Made by a program: the position numbers and the translations under genes. A DNA stretch of 62,948 nt, filler included, from Dugesia japonica (Eukaryota): the NCBI GenBank assembly GCA_001938525.1. It is 5 parts of 5 records of this genome, joined end to end, with 100 filler letters (N's around TTAATTAATTAA, not from the genome) between each part and the next. Parts side by side here need not be neighbours in the genome. Positions count along the whole stretch, not along the records: positions 31,486 to 51,779 come from MQRL01620471.1; positions 51,880 to 62,948 come from MQRL01578572.1; 3 more parts are not named here. One strand, written 5' to 3'. Positions 38,213 through 53,256 of the stretch are shown one piece after another (positions within the stretch are counted from its first letter, which is position 1; each line of letters opens with the position of its first letter). The notes beneath the pieces were generated by a model. The model was given only the letters and a program-made list of their open reading frames with translations. It was not told the origin of the DNA and did no database searches.

Positions 38213-38454
38213 GTCAACTCTCCTATAACGCGATTAATTAGTACCGCGTTGTATGGAATCTTAGAAATAAATAAATTTTCCACACATAAACCTATATAAA
38301 AAACTGGATTCTCAAAATATATCATGTTGTGATTAATAGGGTTCGTGAATGAATTTTATAAAATCACAAAGAATATATAATTTATTTAGATATTTTAATC
38401 TAAATTTATTGCATATAATTCAAAAATTAAAATGATACATTGTAAATTGAGTTA

Positions 38455-39006
38455 TTATTCATCATCACTGTCAAATATTAGCAGCCTAATTTTTTTTTCT
38501 AATTGGCTGAAAATCCTCCTCACTTTGCAAATTTTTTTCTTGGTTTTCAAACATAGTTTTATTTTATATTTCTTCGAAAACCTCTTCGCACCTGATGGGC
38601 AACCATCTGCAATAGTTTTTCTTATTTTCTTCTCTTTAAAGTACATTACGCCATACTTCCAATGTGGATCCGTCATATTGGATTGCATAAAAATGTTGTA
38701 CTCAATCCGTTTCTACTGACACTTCTAATTTCTAACAATGTTTTCTAAGTTTTACTTGTATTGAATGACTCTTACTTGGTATTGCTGGTGTGATCGTAAA
38801 TCCAATAGGTAATTTATTATTACTAGTACTTTTTGGACTTTTTCCAACCCTCTTTTCGATATTTTTAATATTATATTATGCGAGTATCCTGTATACATTC
38901 TATGTTCCGTAATAATATCTTCGTAGTCCAAAAATTTATCTCCGTTTACAAACTTTAAGGTTATCAAGATTATCATAGCATATATCCATTTACTCATCAT
39001 TTTCAT
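38455..39006 (-). pseudogene. Signal-peptide-bearing ORF (~184 codons, three internal stops), env-like position
   Basis: MKMMSKWIYAMIILITLKFVNG signal-like N-terminus. ORFs 38752-39006 and 38455-38688 are in the same frame, and the ATG overlaps the upstream stop. Confidence 0.4.
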
Positions 39007-42000
39007 CTTTTACAATAAATTATTTCTAAAGAAACGTTGGCAACATCTTCGATGATTTCATAGCGGTAGGCAATTTGACGCTCGAAATTTCCGTATACTT
39101 CTTTATTGCGCGTTAATACAATAACAATTAAATTATCCGTGTTTTCACCTCTATTAAACATATCAGTTATATCATTTTCTTCAATAGGCAGTTCGCAGAT
39201 GTATAAATAGTAATTAGAGAAAACATCTTGTGTTTCAAGAAAAATTGGCAACATCTTCGATGATTTTATAGCGGTAGGCAATTTGACGCTCGAAATTTCC
39301 GTATACTTCTTTATTGCGCGTTAATGCAATAACAATTAAATTATCCGTGTTTTCACCTCTATTAAACATATCAGTTATATCATTTTCTTCAATAGGCAGT
39401 TCGCAGATGTATAAATAGTAATTAGAGAAAACATCTTGTGTTTCATGAAACTGAACATTGCCTCTTTGTCTTATTTCGATAATAACATTTCTACTCAATT
39501 TAACGGTCTTATCAATATTCATTATCGGTTTGCTGAATTAATTTCCCTTGTAGTTATCTGTAAATTTTTTTGTTTTCATTCATTCATCGCCGTCATTCTA
39601 ACTCGCGTATTTGCCCAAAACCTAGCGATCAAGACTTTTAAACATAAGACAAACATATTCATTGTTGTTGTGAAGTATCTGATCCCAGCTGCTCTTTTAA
39701 ATCTTTTTAAAATCTCTTTGTGTTCATTTCTTTCCTTTTAATCTTTTGGTGAAATTTCTAGTAATTTAGCATTTCGTTTTTCCTCTTTTTGTTAATCCAA
39801 TTTGAAATCTCAGTTTATCTTATGATTTTGTCGATTTTTTTTGGGACTTTGTCTCTTTCTTGCCAACTCTTCTCTTAGTCCAAGCATTTCGTATTTTCTG
39901 TAAACCTTTGAAATCTTCCTCTTCAAGGTAAGGTTTACAATTTTCAATTTCTTCCTTTAGTACTAATAGTACTTCATCGCATTATACAATTACTTCCTTC
40001 ATATTTCTTAGTTCGTCAGACGAACCTTTTCCTGTCGAAGCTATTGTTTTAGGTTGTTGTCGTTTCTACTCGTTAGCCAATTTCTTGATCTTTATTTCAA
40101 ATTTCTCTTTTGCTTGATTTGGTTTCCCTTGTCTTTGGTTTTCCAGATATTGTTGCCATACTTCTTCTTTTATTTTCTTCATCTCTAGTGAATCTGATTC
40201 ACTTACATGTGGAGGTCTTCCGAAGTCTTCGCTGCATTTCAGTAATCCTCTCATGATTCCCGCCGTAAAATCCATATTGCTGTCTTCTTCACTTTGCGAC
40301 GTATAATTTCTATTCTTCTTTTCTTTTCTTTCTTTTTCTTGTAGAACCATAACATTGCTTAGTTCGTCAATTTTCTCTATAGCATTTTGTAGAGGCTTTT
40401 CTTCATTTCCATTTTTCCTAGATTTGTTTTGCGTGCTTTGACTTTTATTCTTCATGGTTTCTTTTTCTCGTTTGTCTTGTTCTTTTAAGCGGGCTCCCAA
40501 AAATTCTTTGAGATTACGATCTTTTATTTTATCGAAAGTCTGATAATTTTCTTGCTTCAATTTTGCCTTTTGCACTTTTTTTTCATAATCAGAAAAATCT
40601 TTTATATGTTCTTCTGCTTTGAGTATTAGTACAAGCCACTCTTCTATATTTTCCAACGATTTTAATAATTCTTCTTGATCGCGCTTTTCTTGATTTTTGA
40701 GATGATCCTTCCACNNNNNNNNNNNNNNNNNNNNNNTTTCTTCTGTAATTCTAAGATCAACGTTACTTTCGTTAATTTTATCATACAACTGCCATTCATT
40801 TTGCAGTTCCTGTAGTGATCCTCCGAGATTTAATTTATTATACATTGGTCATTCTTTAAAGTCATGTACTAATTGTAGCGATGTTTCTTGATTTTGACAG
40901 TTTTGATTTTTTATTTGGCTTCGATTCCCTTTCTCTGTTCTCTTTCTAGATTAATCGACATCCTCGGCGATTCATCTTTGTTTCATTATTTTTGATTTAT
41001 TTTGTGTTTGCCAATTATATTGTGTAGCTTCATTTTCTTCCAATTTTAATTGAATCATCGCTTTTCGTAGTCATCATAAATATTCTTTGTTTTGATCCAA
41101 CGGAGTATCCTTTCTTTACTTGACAGTTCTTCAGATATGCCCCATTGATTTACATTTATAACAAGATTTTAACATCCAACATTTCTTTTCATCATGTCCA
41201 CCTTTCGCGCAATATTTACAGTAATTGTCATTTTGATTTATATGAGTTTCTACTATTGACCTATCTACTTTACTGGCCCGTCTTATGTTTCCATTGAGAC
41301 AATAATAACGTGATGGCCGCATCCATTATCTTACCCAGCCTCTTGAGAGAGTGTAATTTCTCCCTAATACTTACTCGATTCTTGTTGGATACTTTGTTGA
41401 TCATACTGTACATAGATTTTATAACATCTTGAAAATTCTTGGTAATCAGTTGACTTATCTCACACAGTTTACCTAGTTGATTATCCAAATTTTCTTCTGT
41501 CTCTATCACTTGTGTGGTGTTAACCTCTTTCCAATTCCCATCTATTTTATTCTTTGCCGACTCTTGTTTCTTTTGTTTCTCCATTGAACTTTGAGTTGCC
41601 TATTGTAATCTTGGTTTAATATTTCGCTTAAAAATTTCAATAATCTCGTCGAATCCTTTTCTATGAGGTGCTTCTGGTTCCGACAACCAAGAATCATAGT
41701 ACTGATCGTTACCGGTATCCCATGGATCTAGCACATACAAATCCATATTATGGTTCTTCCAGAATCCACACAAGATGACTGGTTGAAGAGAATCTGATTC
41801 TACTTTAGTCTGTCCAAAATATATTGAACCTCCTCTATAATTCTCCATTCTCTTAATTTTTTCGATTACATCACACCAGAAATCTCCTCCATGAATTAGT
41901 ATTTGGCTCATTGTTAAAATTGGCTAATGCACCTTTACTTCGAATGATTCATCTATTTGATTTACTACTCTACAACCCTGGATGGTTATAAGATCTTCCA

Positions 42001-42060
42001 ATAATAATTGATGCGGTCTTTCTAACAGTGGCTTAATATAGTTGATGTCTCCTAGAAATT
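39003..42060 (-). pseudogene. Long decayed gag-like ORF with tandem CCHC zinc knuckles and charged coiled-coil region; no pol domains seen
   Basis: ORFs 41924-42193, 41600-41911 and 41270-41584 are in one frame. CKYCAKGGHDEKKC and CYKCKSMGHI at ~41130-41225, followed by K/E/Q-rich ORF 40066-40845. Confidence 0.55.
39037..39445. repeat. Near-perfect 201-bp tandem duplication (period 208)
   Basis: 39037-39237 repeated at 39245-39445 with about two substitutions. Confidence 0.9.
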
Positions 42061-42844
42061 CTCTCAAATAAAATACCAAGTGAAAGTCAGTAATCGGAAT
42101 TACAGTATAATAGAAGAGAATTAGATAAATTGGACAATTTACTAAAAAATAAAGAAGCCATTGTAAAGTGTATGCGTCACTGGATAGACTCACTGGAAAG
42201 TGAAAACCAAACTTTGTTAGAAAAAGAGAAGGACCAAAGAGTGAGATGGTAAAACGCCAGTGAACAATTAATTTTTTGTAGAAAGAGAAGCTTTAAACAG
42301 ACTCAAGAATTGGAGGATATGCAGAGGAAGCGTAATGAAGAATATCGATTACATCCAGGACAAATTTGTGAATTGCAGACTGAAATTAAATGGCACAAAG
42401 GGAAAGTACGAGTGCTAGAGAAAGCACTAGAAAGGAGTAACATCGTGAGGTTGGAGAGCCAACAAATAAATGAGGAATAGGTTAAAGAGTTGACAAAGGC
42501 TAAAGATGAGTTGGGGTGCGATAAAACAGAGTTAAAAACTAAACGAGATGATGACGAATTATTATTACAAAATTTTCAAAATACAGTCAACTACAAATCG
42601 AAAATCAACGACTACGAGAAAAATATTGAGAGCCCCTACCAGGCGTAAATTCGATTGAAAATTATCGGGCACCATTGTCCAATAGAGAGAGAGCGGGGAA
42701 ATTCCAGAGACGTTCTCCGCGAAAAAGAAGAAATTTTGTTCCATACATTCGATTGTTTTCCGGAGTTGTTTGGTGCATCGGCATTTTTTATTTGATAAAA
42801 TAATAATTGCAATAATCAATTCCGATACCTTTTTTTATATTTGA

Positions 42845-43035
42845 TAAAATAATAATTTTGTGAATGCATCGTTCGATTTTATAGTGAACTGATGCAAACA
42901 CACTGTGCACACCACTTCTTATTGATATAGCTCCACTTTTTGCTTTTATTTTTTTATAACCTGGTTTCTTTCCAGGTGGACCAATTCTAGACTATGAGAA
43001 AATTATCTCATTAGTCTGGATACAGGCCAAAACAC
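42845..43035. repeat. Structured dispersed repeat, copy 2
   Basis: Homologous to 37450-37690 with pairing-preserving substitutions. Confidence 0.6.
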
Positions 43036-44259
43036 AAAAAAATTAATTGATTATTATATTTATTTTTATGTTAATGTTTTATTTTATTTATTTATTATTT
43101 TTTTTAAAATTAATTTTTAAATTTGTACAAAACTTCTATATAAATCTACAGTATAAATCAAAACCAAGCGTTCTAATAATAATTATAATAAAACTAATAA
43201 TAAATCTAATAATAATATTGATAATAATTCCTTATAAATCTGATAAATCTAGTATTAATTTTAACAAATCTTAATTTTATCCTAATAATAATGATAATAT
43301 AATCTAATTCATACTACAAAATTCATGATTTTCAATAATTTGCAGATGTATNNNNNNNNNNNNNNNNNNNNNNNNNNNNNNNNNNNNNNNNNNNNNNNNN
43401 NCTACAAAATTCATGATTTTCAATAATTTGCAGATGTATTATATATATATATATATATAAGTACAGTAACATATGTTTATAGATCATAATTTATCTATAT
43501 AAAATTTAACTTATTTCCTATTACAATCGACAATTAAAAAAAAGTGAAAAAATAAAATAATATAAAAGCATATGACATATGATAATACAATAAATGAAAG
43601 GTGTATATAAACCACACTGTTGAACGTTTTTCAGTCATTGTATTTGGAAGGAATTGAATGTTTTCAATTGAAAGACAACTAAAGATGCCATTTTGTTTTG
43701 ATTTCTCCGTTATAAAGTATTTCCAGGTTTGTTTTATATAGCAAATAAAAAAATCTCTCTTAATATGTAAGACATGCACATTTAAATAATATTATATAAA
43801 CAATAGCCCAGTCAAAATAAAGAAACAAAAATCTAATTTATATTGTTTCAGAAATTAAATAATCATTCATTAATATTATTAATATTTAATATTAATATTT
43901 AAAACAATGTTTAAGAATGATTACTTTAATATTAAATATATATATTTAATATATATATATATTTTAATATATTTAATTAATATATATATATATATATATA
44001 TATATTTAATATTTAAAACAATCTTTCAAAATTTAATATTAATAAAACTTATTATTTGGGTGTGTTTTTGATTCTCCACCTCTTTTCTTCTATGGGACAT
44101 TCGTTTTACCCTCGTCCAATAAAATTTTCAAAAAGAGATAAACACACCAACAAACATTTTATTTTTATAGAAGATAATAATAAAAATTCAATATTTCACC
44201 AACTTTACAATACAAGCGATCGATTTAGCAAATAGAATCTTTAATATAATTACCCAATT

Positions 44260-44600
44260 CAGTCACTCAATGACTCACTCTGGAACGCTTCAGTTAAACA
44301 AAATATTTTAAGCATCTAAATCCTAAGCTTTTAAATCTTCAGCTTGAAATCGTAAGCTTATAAATCTTAATTTATATGCTCAAAATTTTCCGTTAATCTT
44401 GGTATTTTCTATGACCAATAATAAGCCACAAGGCCAATAATTTAATGAAGTTAGCGTCTATTTGCTTGAACCATTTTTTGCTCATTGTGAAGTCCATGTT
44501 GCACTTCGCAAAGCTGCAGAAGTCATGAACACCCTAAAATGTTTATAAGCGAATTATTTTATCAAGGATAAATCATCAATAATAAAGTTCGTTTAATTAC
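44260..44600 (+). mobile_element. Non-autonomous Helitron-like remnant with PIF1 helicase C-terminal motifs
   Basis: FPLILVFSMTNNKPQGQ*FNEVSVYLLEPFFAHCEVHVALR resembles helicase motifs V-VI. Paralog at 53000-53256. Confidence 0.7.
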
Positions 44601-46629
44601 ATTTAAAAATATTTAGAGTTAACCAACAAAAATATCTTACGTTAAATACGGACCGAGAGTTTTAATAAACCATATAATTGATAATATCTTAACTACAATC
44701 TTTATTATCCAGTAATCTATAATAATATTTATGTCATTTACTTCTCACATTACTAATTTAATAATTACATAAAATTATTACAATAGTTAGAAAGAATATA
44801 CACTTTTATAAAAAATTTGTTACAGGTAGATGGATAGGACAGCACGGGAACTCCCACTCTCTCCCGACAGGNNNNNNNNNNNNNNNNNNNNNNNNNNNNN
44901 NNNNNNNNNNNNAAAACTTTTCTTTTTTAGAATATCGAATTTTGACCAATGCACACACTCACAAAATGACTTTCGTTTTTTCCCTGACTTCAATCATGTT
45001 ACAATATTTGAAGCAAAATTTTACGCTAATAAAGAATATCAAAGGTAAAAGTCACAACAAATTTAATGAATAAATAATATTAGAATTCTCCATGAGAATT
45101 ATTATCATTGAAATCTAGTTGCTCCCTGAGTGGTCATTAACATTGAAAAAATAATACACACGTAAGAAATTAAATTATCAAATAACAAAACAAGGATATT
45201 TTAATACAAAAATTGTGAGTCATGGAATTAAACTTGACTCAGCTAAAAAAAACATGCCCACTTATTAATTTGCTGAACATGCGATTGTCTCCACAAACAC
45301 AGCGCTTGAAATTAATACAAATGTGTAGCGACGACAAATTCTACAATGACTAGTCATTATTTTGCGGAATTATCAGCAAGAATAAGTGGTTGCGTAGAAA
45401 AATAAATCTGCTGTCGATAATTTTGTTACGGGTTTACTTCACTGCAAGTATTTGGAAGAATTATTTTTTAACAGTCATTTTATGGCGAATACGCGCACAC
45501 ATTGCTGTTGGCAAAAATACCGACGAGTGAATATTAAATAGTGCACGTGATCATAATTACCTAACGTCATTCCCCTATATTTAAATCAACTTAATAAAAT
45601 TTAAATAAGTATCAAATAATTTTATTAATAATAAAGCAAATATATAACGTAACGATCAAATCAACAGAAATACTTGCTATTATAGTTAGAAATTCTGCAA
45701 CGGGTTTTTCCAAGAAAAGAAATGTAATCCAATTAGAACTGGAAGTTAACTTTCTTTTTTTCCTTTAATGAATTAATATTCTGATAGAAATACGAGTTTT
45801 GTTACTTCGTTTTTTTTTCTCCAAATGATTGCACTAAAATTCTCGGTCAATAATATAAACTGTTACGCTACAAATAATTAAATTTTCAGGGTAAAAACGT
45901 CTAAGTTATGGGGGGCTTTTTATGATTTTTCATACAACCCGATTTTCATAGTATTGGGTGCTATTTTTATTTTCAGCTATCCGTCTTCTGATTAGCACCA
46001 TCTCTAAAGTTCTATGATTTTTCATAATTTTTTGATGTTTTATTGGTGCCTATTTTTAGAGCACCTGCTGATTTTTAGAGCTTTGTTTTTCGTTTATCTT
46101 CTGGCCTCTCATTGGCCCGATCTTTAACCCTTTTAACGGATCCTTCCGATAGTGATTGTGCTTTTCCGTTATAAAAATCAGTTCCCCATGATTTTATTCT
46201 TCTAAATTTTCAGACTTTCTTGAGCAAAGATATACTCCTTTAACTGGTTTTCTCACAATTAAACTTCTTTTTACAAATAAAATTAATTTATTTATTTCAA
46301 TAATTTCCATTATAATTAATATAATGTTTTTCTTGTTTTTTCATTATAAACTAATATTTCTTTAATCATAATTATTTGATCCTGTCCTTATTATAACAAT
46401 ATTTATCCTCTTTTTACTTTACAATTTTTTTGGATCTTCTTTTAATTATTTATTTACAATTATTAATGAGTTGATAATTATTATTGATCGTTCAATCTTA
46501 TTCGTTTTATTTTCTCTTAATAACCCATATTTGGGTCCTTGAGTATATTTTCTTCCATGATCGGGTGTTTCACCCCAAGACTATTAATAAATTAAATATA
46601 TTAACGTAATAATAATTAAGTGTTTTTAT

Positions 46630-46736
46630 ATATAAATGTCGATGATAAAGTATCGAGTGATTAAATGTTACGTGATTAAGTGTCTATGTGATTAAATTTT
46701 AGTGATTAAGTGTCGTGTGATTAATGTTCGTACACC
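46630..46736 (+). repeat. ~15-bp tandem repeats GTGATTAA(G/A)TGTC ending TACACC; MITE-like subterminal array
   Basis: About six imperfect copies. Similar architecture at ~54650-54706. Confidence 0.4.
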
Positions 46737-48707
46737 TTAAAATGAATACTATCATTTAAAAAGTTAAAGTATCATAAAAATCATTATTACTATAGTTTCA
46801 TTTAAATCACGAGCATTTGAAAGTTAATTTAATATTTAAAATGTAACTTTATAATAAAATTATATAAATTATTACACCTAATTATCAAATTAAGTTAAAG
46901 TTTCTTCTTACAAATTTTAATCTTATAATTTTCATTTTAAAATTTAATTTCATAAAAATTAACTTCCCCATTGATCTGTTTATTAAATAAATATTTTGAA
47001 AAACAAATTTAAATAAAATTTATTCTCAAAATATTTGTTTAAGTTAAAGTTATTACAATGAAGTGAAAATTATTATTATTATTTAAAAAATAATTACATT
47101 TAAAAATTAAAAAAATGATTAACCTGTTTTGAAATTCATTAAATTTTGCATAACATTGGTATGGTTCATAAGATCAACATTAACTTCTTGGTTCATCACC
47201 AAATTTTCACTGTTCAAAAATTAAAATCACTTGATTCAAAATCTTAACTACTTCATTGATTTTTCTTTTTAAATAGTTTGTATTCATTTTGTTGTTCTAA
47301 ACGAAATTTTAAAATATTTAAAAATATAACTTTCTTTCTTCGTTTTCAAATTATGACAAAATACTGCATGTACTTTGTTTATATATAAAATTATCAATTC
47401 ACGCCTGTTTTATAGTTAAATTAAAACAAAACCAATATTCTTAATATTATTATTATTCTTATGTTATTTTTCCACATTTTTTAAAATTTTTTTAATAAAA
47501 ATGTAAATATTCAAGTACATACATACACGTCAGTGTATATATATACTTGTGTATGTACGTTCATTTTTATTAAAAGAAAAAATTATAGAATATTAAACTT
47601 CAATAAAATAAATTGACGCAGAATTCAAAATTGCAAATTAAAAATTTAAAAACTGTAAATCTTGGCCACCGCCAAAAATTCGAAAATTAGGAAGGAAAGA
47701 CAGAATTAAATTTAAAAATAATTATTTCATGAATTTGACAATCGCTAAATAAAAAGTGAAAACTTAAATATTAGAATATTGATTGTTTAAAAAAGAATAC
47801 TTAACAACCAAAAATTTAAAACCGAAAATTGTAATTAAAAGTGCATTATCAGTTCATGGAAGATTAAATTTTTTGAAAGAAAATGACTGAAAGAATTGAG
47901 TTAAAAAATTCAGAGAATTTGACAGCCGCCACAAAAAACAGATAACAAATTAAAGAATTAAAAGAACAAAAAGAAATCCAAAATACATACAGAACACTTA
48001 CAAAATATCCATTTCAGGACTACAGTAAATTTTTATTATCATTTCTGTTTGTTAATAAAGTTTGTTAACTAATTGTTTAATTTCGTTTTAACATTTTATT
48101 TATTCGTGTTATTATTGAATATAGCATACACCCTAAGTGTCTCAACATGGACATTATATTTTTTTTGGGACTCTCTTGGGGCCTATATAATTCCTTCACA
48201 CAGTAAAATAATTTAAAATTGTGCATTAAAAAATTATAAATGATAATATAAGGTACCATAATTCGGCAAGAAAAAAGGTCCAAACAAGTAAAATTATTTA
48301 AATAAATCCCCATAATAAATATTATTAGAAACCACCCGCCGAGGAATATTATTAAGTAAAACCTAACAACAAAAGAAAAATAATCAATTTCAATTAATTT
48401 AAATAAAATTTTCAATTCCAGATGATTATGTAACAGTTACATTTTTATATCATTGAACTCAGAATAAAAAACTGCCTATACATTACTTAAAGGACTAATA
48501 CCCAAAAATGCTTGCTTTATGGAAGAAAATTAATTTCATCAGAGTAGATTGGTAGTAGCGCACTAGACGCTTCACCCCGCTCTTAAACTACAAAAGCGAA
48601 AATCATTAACTTAAATAATATTGGGCTTTCCCCTCGAATTTCCATGAAAAAATGAATAAGAAACATTACTTTCACTTAATTTAAACAAAGAGTTCATTTA
48701 TTTAACT

Positions 48708-49630
<923 letters not shown>

Positions 49631-50052
49631 TTGAGTTGTAAGTTGTTTTTATGTGTGCTTTTCACGTTGGTATTGTTCTTCTTGCTGAGCTATTTTAAAT
49701 TTAAACTATACGTGATTGGTGGCAGAGGTTTATTGATATCAGTGATGTCGCTTTTCTATAAGATGACAATCCATTCTTATAATTGATATTGTAACTTTGT
49801 ATTAGGTGAGCTGCTTCTTATTATCAAATACAAACTATACTGGTGCTGTTCATTCCACATTTAAATTTTGTAATATTTGTGCAAACTTGCACTTAAAAAA
49901 TTGAACATTTTTTATTTAATTCACGAAGATGACATTTATAAAAAATGATATTACAGTAATGAATAAAAATAATAATATACTTCTACAATAATTATATAAT
50001 CTNNNNNNNNNNNNNNNNNNNNNNNNNNNNNNNNNNNNNNNNNNNNNNNNNN

Positions 50053-50113
<61 letters not shown>

Positions 50114-51879
50114 TTGATGGTAATAATAATCGTAATGTAAATAATAATTTCATAATTAGGGCTCAATAATAATAATAATAATAATGAGTTTATTAATAAT
50201 AACATTTCGTACGTCTAATGCCATAATTATTTTATTATGTTAGTTTGATTCATATATTGTTATTTTAATTATCGATACTTTTACTATAATATTTGTTTAT
50301 CCTAAATAGAATGATTTTGCTATTACTACTATAATCTACAAATTTGTTTATTTTATAATTCTACTAATATTTAATTCTATCTTTTATTTTCTTTGATTAT
50401 AATCATATTTTTATTATCATAAATATTTTTATAAATAATTCTGATTGTGTAATCGATTTTTTCAGAAATTATTTTAATTCGTCATATTTCTTGTCATTTG
50501 CTGATTTCATATTTTTGGTTAAATTGTTACTATTATAGCTACTTTTTAATACTGCTTTTTACCCATTTTTTAAAATCTGTTCTAGATCAACATTAATTTC
50601 AACAAGAAATCAAATTTTAAATATATTACGCAACTTTTATGTAACTATAATAGAAATGCTTGAATTACATATCGATCGGCATACTATTTTACAAGGTCAA
50701 CCAACAATTGACAATTCTGCATGATGGTGAACTCCTTCTTGAGAATTCATTTTCCCTCGTCCAATTTTGTTTTAAGAAGGAAAAACACAATGAATCTCAC
50801 ATTTAATATTAAACAACTGAGAGAACATAGTAAACAAATACTAAAGTTAAGCATAAATATTAACTATTAAAATTTAATAATTAAATAACTAAGAAAATAA
50901 ATAACTAAATTTGAATCAGATATTAACTATAAAATGGCTTATTGAAAATCTTATACAAATAATTAAAGGAATACTAAAGTCGTTTACAAATTAATTATAT
51001 TAACAAATAATTGTAATAATAATGAAATGAAAAATATAAATGAAATAATCAACAGTATTAAACTTTAAGAATACAATAGCAATATTTATGTACACTCATT
51101 GATGGTCATAAAAGTTCAGCATATCAATTCGAAATAAAACAGTGTCAAAAAAAATTTTAAGATGAGTATTAAATAGTCCGGCACTTCATCCCCGGGATTC
51201 CTAAATCGACAATATTACATAGTCGGGAAATCTGAAAAGGAATTAATTTGTCAATGTCTACAGATATCATCCTCGTTCATTTTGTTTTTTTAGTCTACAT
51301 TAAATGTGATTTGAACCCACTCCTAACTTAGTAATAGTATTTCAAAGGATCCATTTTCATATATTGGCTGGTCACGGGAGATTGATAAATAATATTAATA
51401 AGTTAATAATAAAATAAAAATTCAAAAGCATATGTTATATTCCAAGAAAGATTTCCAGCTTATATAGTAATTTCAGGGTTTATTGATTTTCTGAATCATC
51501 TAATGATTGGAAGGTTTCTTTTAACTCCGGACTAATGATGTTGTTGATTTTTCAGACAAGTGTGACTCATTCCGTTTCTTCTTTTCAGATCATTTTGTTA
51601 GTTCGCTGCAGTTCAAGTTGATACAAGTAACATGTTTTTGATGTTACGTGATTCATCTTTTGATTACGTGTTTGCTCACGTTATTTCATGTTAGCTTCTT
51701 CCTTGTTTTGTCTTATGTGTTCATTGGTTTATTTGATTAAGGTACCTGACTTGTTGCAACATCACTTTGAAATTGAAATNNNNNNNNNNNNNNNNNNNNN
51801 NNNNNNNNNNNNNNNNNNNNNNNTTAATTAATTAANNNNNNNNNNNNNNNNNNNNNNNNNNNNNNNNNNNNNNNNNNNN

Positions 51880-51946
<67 letters not shown>

Positions 51947-52999
51947 CACATATCATGTAGATTTATATAAATGCTCAATAACAAACATATTATAATAAAC
52001 AAATATTATTGAATAAATAAATATTATTGAATTGAATGAATATAAAATAATGAATAAAATTGAAACTAATTATTATTATTATGAACTGAAATTATGCAAA
52101 GTTGACAAAGTATCCAAATAAAAATTAATTAATTTGTAAATATATTAATGTACCAAAATAGTGATAGTAAATGAATGNNNNNNNNNNNNNNNNNNNNNNN
52201 NNNNNNNNNNNNNNNNNNNNNNNNNNNNNNNNNNNNNNNNNNNNNNNNNNNNNNNNNNNNNNNNNNNNNNNNNNNNNNNNNNNNNNNNNNNNNNNNNNNN
52301 NNNNNNNNNNNNNNNNNNNNNNNNNNNNNNNNNNNNNTGAAAGTTGTTGACAATTTTAGTAGAAGATATGGTTACTATAAAATTTTGCGAACTCGGCCCT
52401 GATAATGACAAATAGAAAGTTGATGTGCGACCAATAGGAAATCATTATTTAAAATATTTGTATTTGTAGACATAAGAGTGTAAAAATCATCTTGAAAAAA
52501 TTTATTTAATGATGCATTTTATTGGTTTTCATTTTGTGTAATTGAGTTGTGTATGACTATGAATGAGTATATAAAGAAATGTAATCATTGTAAAAATAAG
52601 CTAAAGTTTGCCGAAGAAAAATTCTTATATTTTGTGGTTAACAAAAGATATAATTAAAAGTTATTGTGTTATTCTAGAAATATATGAAGTTGAATAATAT
52701 AATAATAACGTAATTATATAAATAAAAATTCACCTTTTTATTTAAAATAACTACGAAAAACGATGAAATTGAAACAAAGGAGCTCAATATCACAACAGAA
52801 TTAGAGAATAATATGACAATAAATCCAACAACTTCGCAAGATAACTTTTCGAGAGGTTTGTTATTGATAATTTGATAAACATGATCGGTTCCATGAAAGA
52901 AATTCAAACAAAAATCATTGAGAGATAGATAAATCTAAAAATAAATAATAGCACTAAACTCAGTATAGTAATCTTATTACACATCGCATTACACAATTC

Positions 53000-53256
53000 A
53001 TTCATTCACCAACTGACTAACTCGGAACCCTTCAGTTAAACAAAATATTTTAAGATTATAAATTTTAATTTATAAGCTTAAAATTTTCTAGAAATCTTCG
53101 CATTTTCTATGACCATTAATAAGGTCCAAGGCCAATAATTTGATAAAGTTGGTGTGTATTTCCTTGAACCAGTTTTCGCTCATGACCAAGTCCACGTTGT
53201 ACCTACTAGTCACAGAAATTATGAAAACCTTAGAATGTTTATAGACGAATCACCTT
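53000..53256 (+). mobile_element. Helitron PIF1 helicase C-terminal remnant (paralog of 44260-44600)
   Basis: AFSMTINKVQGQ*FDKVGVYFLEPVFAHDQVHV. Same upstream CTTCAGTTAAACAAAATATTTTAAG block. Confidence 0.75.

Noticed and set aside
41924-42193. Hydrophobic N-terminus of ORF 41924-42193 as a membrane protein
   Set aside because: Its first half is the antisense of the plus-strand coiled-coil frame.
37450-43035. The two structured repeats as sister LTRs of one insertion, or as U1/U5/SL snRNA genes
   Set aside because: Too diverged with compensatory changes; no TG..CA, PBS or PPT found; snRNA hallmark 5' and loop sequences absent.
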